A stretch of 63,564 nucleotides of DNA, counting the filler, from Reclinomonas americana ATCC 50394 (lineage: Eukaryota): the NCBI GenBank assembly GCA_048213135.1. It is 8 parts of 4 records of this genome, joined end to end, with 100 filler letters (N's around TTAATTAATTAA, not from the genome) between each part and the next. Parts side by side here need not be neighbours in the genome. Positions count along the whole stretch, not along the records: positions 41,477 to 58,797 come from PS015495.1; positions 58,898 to 62,111 come from PS015495.1; positions 62,212 to 63,564 come from PS015505.1; 5 more parts are not named here. The stretch is one strand, 5' to 3'. Under the pieces are notes generated by a model that saw nothing but the letters and a program-made list of their open reading frames with translations, had not been told where the DNA came from and made no database searches. Each line of letters opens with the position of its first letter. The first letter of the stretch is position 1. Position numbers and translations under genes: made by a program. Below are positions 56,901 to 63,564 of this stretch, piece after piece.

Positions 56901-58463
56901 GTGTGCGCGCTGACTGTGCACAGATGGCCAAAGGTGCACAGCACCGACAGAACATCGCTGTCGAGGCGCTGGAATCGCGCCACCATGTCCTCAAACAACC
57001 ATCGCTGCGTGTGAAGAGATAAATGAGCTATCGTTCAAGAGATGCGACTTGGAGGAGGACGCAACATCACCGCGGGCTACCACTCGATGGGACACTCGGT
57101 CGGGCACGTGTGCAAAGCTGGCGGAGGATGAAGTAGTGAGACAAGACTGTGCACCACGAATCATCACCACGCTACGCACCCACTCTGCGGCTGCATCCAG
57201 AACTCGGTGGTGATGCGATTGCTTCGCACTGACACGACATACGCGAGGGAGCACGGCATGCGCAGTGCGTCTGCTGATTCGGCGGTGGAGCTGCTGCGAG
57301 CAAACAACTCCACGGACTGACGCGGCCACGAGTCAATTACGGCAATAAATGCAGATTAACGGCGTGGTGCAAGAACCTTGATGAAAATGCAAGCGCCGCC
57401 CACCGGAATCACATTGAAGCCGTCGATCAGACGAGAGGACACAATGTTGCGCACCATGTGCGACAGCTGCGAACAGGGTTGAGTCGTTCAGGGAGAAGAA
57501 TGACAAGATAAACTCACTTGAACGCACCAAATTCCACGTGGGCATGTTCCACGACCACACACGACGGCGGTACTGCGACTCGACACACATGCCACGAGTG
57601 GCGGTCGACAATAGTCTCGGATGACCGCGCAGGTTCGGGCCGGTGGCCTGATACCGCGCGTTCAACAGGGCGCGAAGAATGTCGCAGGTGTCGTACGCCA
57701 CGCGTGATTCGTGGAACTGATGCCGGGGAGGGGAGGAGGATCAGAGCAGAATGATGATGCAATCGGAGGGGAAAGCGCACAGCGCACCTCGAACGCAGGG
57801 CAGCCGGCACGCAGGGCGCTGATGAGGTCAGCAAACTCGGAGAGACGCCGGGAGGCGGAGACGGAGAAGAAGAGCACACGAATGCGAGTGGTCTGGTGGT
57901 GGGTGAGCTCAAAGTGCAGCAGGCAGAAGCCGACACCCGTTGCTGCAAGGGAGAGGAAGGGTGCTTGCGTGAGCTTATTTGGAGGGTAAAGGGCGGTGAT
58001 TCGTACGCAACGATCGAGATCCATCGAATCGTCGCTCTTGCGCGGTGCGTGGCCGGCTGTGATATCCGAGTGAGAAGGGGAAGGGGGAAAGAGGAACAGG
58101 GAGAGGGGGAGAGGGGAGAGGGAGAAGGAGAGGGAAGGAGATAGGGAGAAGGAGAGAGTAAAGGAGAGGGAGATGGGAAGAATAGAGACATGAAGAGGGA
58201 AATCAAGAACAGATGAACACAAATCCAGGCAGAAGGAAGAGAGACCCAGCGAAACAACGACCACCGAGATACTCTGGCTCCTCTTCTCTCAATTACTTAC
58301 CAGCCGGAGCCGGCGGTCTCGAAATGGCCGGCAGGAACTTCAGCAGCACGTCCTCACGAATGGTGTAGCCGCTCCAGTTGAGACACACTGTCCGCAAATC
58401 GGCAATAGGCCGGAAGTTGGAGCCGTTGCCCGTGGGTGACATGAGTTCGTCGGCTAGGTCATC
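42653..58463 (-). CDS. SZT2: SZT2 (KICSTOR scaffold), central and C-terminal part, about 40 exons
   Basis: YWLILTV...VCTRVNQILLLNHMHDIRMCSPLL, FKPGQFACPCV...LHPRLK, KNVFVYRETTGSVFYM, LEVYGVDAPSHEITVNLHNMLESRL...LLLNP, HLNSFVYDFHV. Confidence 0.9.
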
Positions 58464-58742
58464 TGGGAAGGGGAAGAGAAATGTGAGGAAGAAGAAGAAA
58501 AAGAAGTAGGAGAGCGTGGGAATAGAGCAGGGAATGGGAGAGAATAGAGGAAGACGAAGAAGAAGATGCTGGATGATGGAGGGCAGGGTGGGACAAGGTG
58601 AGAGTGAAGGAGAGGCAATTCATGAGAAGAAAATTAGGAAAGGGCTGGTAGGAGGTGAGGGAACCATGTGAGAGCGAATGTGCATCACAGCAGGAGAGAT
58701 TCAGTCGTATGGCAGTCATGCCGAAGGGAGCAGTTGACTGAG

Positions 58743-58783
<41 letters not shown>

Positions 58784-58897
58784 CAGAATAGAGAGAANNN
58801 NNNNNNNNNNNNNNNNNNNNNNNNNNNNNNNNNNNNNNNNNTTAATTAATTAANNNNNNNNNNNNNNNNNNNNNNNNNNNNNNNNNNNNNNNNNNNN

Positions 58898-61709
58898 CCA
58901 CTCAGCCACGAGAACGGCAACTCGATGGGCGTCCCAGCAGCCTCTACCGCGGCCGACCGAAACGGGGACAGATTGCGAACAAAGCCCTGCGCCAGCCACC
59001 CATACTACGTGAGTCTCAAGCCTGGTATACCCGCGTCGCATGCATCGACGACGTACCGACTCGCCAAAGAACTCCATCCACAAGAAGGCACCGATCTCCA
59101 ATCGGTCCATGATGTGATAGACAAAGCACGGCGGCACGAGTGGGTTCACCGATGCGGTGCGGAAGAATACAGTGGCGCGCATGCCGAGATCGCGACCAAT
59201 GTCGGCTGTGTGCAAAGTGAGCGGAAGGACGGGGTGGACGGGTGAGTGAGGAGAGGCATCTCACCAAGACCCTCGGAGAGGGCGGCGTCCCCGGCCACCG
59301 ATGGGTCGCCCTGCACAAAATGGAAAGGGGGTGTAAGGGGAAGGGAAGGGAANNNNNNNNNNNNNNNNNNNNNNNNNNNNNNNNNNNNNNNNNNNNNNNN
59401 NNNNNNNNNNNNNNNNNNNNNNNNNNNNNNNNNNNNNNNNNNNNNNNNNNNNNNNNNNNNNNNNNNNNNNNNNNNNNNNNNNNNNNNNNNNNNNNNNNNN
59501 NNNNNNNNNNNNNNNNNNNNNNNNNNNNNNNNNNNNNNNNNNNNNNNNNNNNNNNNNNNNNNNNNNNNNNNNNNNNNNNNNNNNNNNNNNNNNNNNNNNN
59601 NNNNNNNNNNNNNNNNNNNNNNNNNNNNNNNNNNNNNNNNNNNNNNNNNNNNNNNNNNNNNNNNNNNNNNNNNNNNNNNNNNNNNNNNNNNNNNNNNNNN
59701 NNNNNNNNNNNNNNNNNNNNNNNNNNNNNNNNNNNNNNNNNNNNNNNNNNNNNNNNNNGGGGAAGGGGAAGGGAGAAAGGGAAAGGGGGTGTAATGGGAA
59801 GGGGAAGTCGAAGGGAAGAGGAATGGGAAGTGGAAGTCGAAGTCGAAGGGGAAAGGGAAGGGGAAGGGGAAGGGGAAGGGGAAAGGGAAGGGGAAAGGGA
59901 GGGGGAATGGGAAGTGGTAGGGGAAGGGGTAGAGGAAGGCGAAGTGGAAGGCGAAGTGGAAGGCGAAGTGGAAGGGGAAGTGGAAGGCGAAGGGGAAATG
60001 GTAGGGGAAGGGATAGAGGAAGGCGAATGGGAAGACAAACGGGCGGAGTCGGAAGAAGGGAGCAATGCGATGCATGCACGCCAGAGAATATGATAACACT
60101 CCCCGTCCGCGAGACACGCACCAGTCGTCGTTGGAAGCATGACAGCAGCGGCTGCACGCGGAAGAACGAGAACGAAGCACGCATCTTGCCGAACTCAGTC
60201 AGCAGCTCGGCACTGCGATTGTCACTGCATCCAGGAGAACAATGATGGGTGAGCGTTTCCTCAATCACAGCAAGAGACTCATTGACAAGTACGCACCGGC
60301 TCGACTGCGGCGGTCGCTGCTTGAGGAGCCACTGCTCCATGTGTGACTCCTCGGTGTTCCCCGCAAAGTAACTCAAGCCCACCGAGCTGGTGGCCCGACT
60401 GAGGTGCCGGATGGGATCCACAAGAGCGCCGCCCGTGATGTGCTCCCACTCCCACAAAGCGCCAGAGCGCGCTTGCACCATGTACCGCAAAAGGTCTGGC
60501 GGAGAGGTGAGCGACAGTGGGGGAAGAGTTGCGACAGGCGAGCGAGGAGCATACCCAGGTGTGGCATGCTGCCCTGGCACCAGTCCTGCGGCCGCTCCGA
60601 GCCCACCACCACCGCAGACAGGCTGACATCGCGGCGGGCGTACTCGTCGAGCAGTCGGTGCACGTCGCGCTCCGAGACTGGCATCGTCACGGCGTCGCTG
60701 ATGAGTGCGAAAGGGAGTCAAGGGCACAAGCCAAAATAAAAGGGGGTAGAGGGATGTGGGAGGTGACATCAAAAGGATATGAATCACGTGGGGACACGAG
60801 GTCGCCAGTGCCGTGTCCACCGACCACAGTGCCGACATGAGGGCGTCGGTGATTGAAAAGTATTCCAGGGCGCCGCTGCAAGCAGGGAAAGGGGAAGGGA
60901 GGACAAGGGGAAAGTGGAAAAGGGTATGCAGAATTGGCAACGGAAGAGGTGGAAAGGGAGAAGGGGCGATTGGAAGAGAGGAGGGTAAGACGGAAGCACG
61001 GAAGAGAGGGAGAGAAAGGGAAATGAGAGAATGGCAGAGGAAGAGGAAAGATTGGAAAAGTGGAAGAGTGAAGAGTAAAGGAGACGGCGAATGGATAAGG
61101 GGAAGGAAGCATAGGAAGAGAGAAGGGTTATGGAGAAGGGTAGAAGGAGGAAGACGGAAGCGGGGAAGAGAGATGGAGAGAACAGAATGAAGGACAAGCA
61201 ATACACACAGCGAGAGAGAGAGAATGAAAAAGTAATTGAGCACAATTACGAGAGCGACCATTGACTGCACGAACGAACTCACCCATCGGCCGAAGGGTGC
61301 GCACACCGGTTGGCGCGACTGCACTCATCGTTGACCAGAAGCTCGCTGAGTTCGAGAATGAAGCTCTCGACACTGTTTCGAGTGATGAGTCGGTGCTGGC
61401 ACAGAACCGACACTGGTCGACTGGTGCAGTTGCCGCCAAACACCAGTACTGTGACAAACACGTGTGGCTCGTGGTACGCGAGTGGACTCTGTGTGGGAAA
61501 GAGATGAGCAGGAACAGGGCGAGGAACGCATACCAGCACGACTAACCTTGTACCGCTCACGCTCGCGCCGATTGCTGTCGCTCGGCTTGGCGTCAAAGGC
61601 CGCAGGATGGGGGGCGAGCAGAGACACCAGACTGAGAAAGAGCGCGGCAACCACCCGGTCAAAGAGCACGTCGCCGGTGATGGGGTCTTGCGAGAGGACT
61701 GAGGGGTTC
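58898..61709 (-). CDS. SZT2: SZT2 N-terminal part on the next contig
   Basis: [32 protein letters not shown] and [12 protein letters not shown]...PHL.DLLRYM resemble the SZT2 N-terminal region. Same strand and order as the preceding part. Confidence 0.78.
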
Positions 61710-62212
61710 TGTTGAAACAGGGGAAGGGAGGGGTGAGGAGAAAGGGGGAAGGGGATAGGCGTATACTCTCTCTCTCTCTCTCCATCTTCTCGCACTTCCA
61801 CACACACGCACGCACACGACCACTGCAACAGAACAAGGCGGAAGAGGAGAAGGATGCATCCATTTCCACAAACGCACACTCCCGCACTCGTCTCCCTGTC
61901 GCTCACTCCGCAACAGGAAGAAGGATGACATAGGGCGCATCACGCCCTCTCTCCCTCTGATTCTCTCTCCCTCACAAACACATGTACACACGACCACTGC
62001 AACAGAAGGAGGAGGACGAGGAGGAGGAAGGGGAAGAAGGGTGCATCAATCTCCACAAACGCACACTCGCTCCGCAACAGAAAGCAGGATGAGGGAGGGC
62101 GCAGTCACGACNNNNNNNNNNNNNNNNNNNNNNNNNNNNNNNNNNNNNNNNNNNNTTAATTAATTAANNNNNNNNNNNNNNNNNNNNNNNNNNNNNNNNN
62201 NNNNNNNNNNNC

Positions 62213-62668
62213 AGAACCTCGCTCCTGCACGTGAGAGAGAGAGAGGGAGAGAGAAGAGACAGAGAGAAGAGGGAGCAGAGAGTGTGTGTGTGAGTGAGTG
62301 TGAGAGAGAGGGAGAGGGAGAGAAAGAGAGGGAGAAGAGAGAGAAGAGACAGAGAGAAGAGTGTGTGTGAGTGAGTGAGTGAGTGAGTGTGTGTGTGTGT
62401 GTGTGTGCTGCGTGAGTGTGTATGTTCGTGTCTCTCTGTGTGTGTCACTGTGTGTGCGAGAGAGAGACTTCACCATGGCACTCCCTCCTGTGTGTTCCAC
62501 GCAAAGGCACGCGAGGTGCGAATGATCTCGCGATACAACGCCAGCACCTCTCGCCGATGTGGATTCACAAACTTGATCACTTGTGATGCCTGGCGAGAAA
62601 ATACACACACGCAAGTCAGAGACACAAAGAGAGAAAAGAGAGAGAGAGGGCGCGCGCGGGAAGACCAT
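62213..62668 (-). CDS. LYR-motif (Complex1_LYR family) protein, 5' part
   Basis: M|ASQVIKFVNPHRREVLALYREIIRTSRAFAWNTQEGVPW|SEVL. The start as an ATG-only coding exon is inferred. Confidence 0.8.
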
Positions 62669-62947
62669 TGTTGCAAGCGAGACGTAAATTCGCAAGTTGC
62701 ATTGGGTGACCGTTTTGTTTATTCCGATTGTGCGGAGCAAAGACAAGGTGAGCGCTTCTCTCTTCCTCTTCCTCCCCTTCTCCTCTCCTGTCCTTGTCAA
62801 CCCTCTTCCCCTTCTTCCCACCTCCTCTCTCGCTTTTCTTCTCTTGAACTGTCACCCTCGTTGTCGCACACTGACCTGTTGGTTTTTCACAGACTTGCAC
62901 GCGCCCGTCACTCTTCCACTCGCCTTCCCACGCACCCTCAATCGCCC

Positions 62948-63564
62948 ATGATGCAAGGTCGCACTGCTGTGTTGACCGTGCTGTTGTATGCACTGCTGTT
63001 TGCCGCTGTGACGGCCTCAGCTGCGCCGCAAAGTTGCGTTTTGTAAGAGTGTGAGAGAGAGAGAACGCGTGCCTGCGACGGACCACTAACGGTTTTCCGC
63101 ACAAACAACAACAGAGGCGGCAAAGACGTCGGTGTGGCCACCGCGCGTCCACCGCGGCACTCTGTCGCGCCCAGTGGAGATGCCCGAGTTCACTCGCACA
63201 CATGCATTTGGAGTCAAGTCGCTGTCGGAGGACGGCACGCTGCACTCGATTGCCGGTGATTCCGAGGCCTTTTTCGTGGCCGCCGATGCCAAGTCGTGCG
63301 AGGAGGCAACGTCGCCGGCGGGTGTCTCCGTGCGCGGCACGCGGGTCCGCTTTGTCGGTCACGAGACCACGTTTAACCGTCTCAAGTTGTCCGTTGACGC
63401 CTTTGTCGATGGCATCTCGGCCGCCGCCGGTCACTACGTGCTGTGCGCTCGTGCCTCGCCCGAGCAGCAGTACGAGTCGCTGGCCCCCGTGCACATCTCC
63501 AGTTGCGTTTGTGTGTCACCAATCACGCGTCTAAATCGTTTTGTAACACTCTTCTCCTCCATGC
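62948..63564 (+). CDS. Secreted or membrane protein with signal peptide, 5' part
   Basis: MMQGRTAVLTVLLYALLFAAVTASAAPQ (signal peptide) spliced at 63033 to an open exon at 63115-63501 (KAAKTSVWPPRVHRG...GHYVLCAR). Confidence 0.7.

Overview
Intron-rich eukaryotic (protist-like) genomic DNA made of about 8 contigs joined by artificial N44-TTAATTAATTAA-N44 linkers, with many N gaps and microsatellite-rich introns. I modelled exons by hand. Recognisable genes are MSH5 (-), VPS52 (+), mitochondrial IF-3 (-), a PH-domain protein (+), a KCTD-type BTB protein (-), a ubiquitin-like/Cys-rich fusion (+), a multi-TM protein (+), a class I methyltransferase (-), a DOCK GEF (-), mL41 (+), SZT2 (-, split over two contigs), a LYR protein (-) and a secreted protein (+). 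I found no CRISPR array, RNA gene or transposase. The most striking signal is in the splice code. About 19 introns, roughly one in seven of those modelled, use a +1-shifted donor (|GTTGCGT, |GTTTCGT or |GTTGTGT, with G+6/T+7 instead of G+5/T+6), and 18 of these 19 follow an exon that does not end in G. All exon models are manual and unverified by transcripts or database searches.
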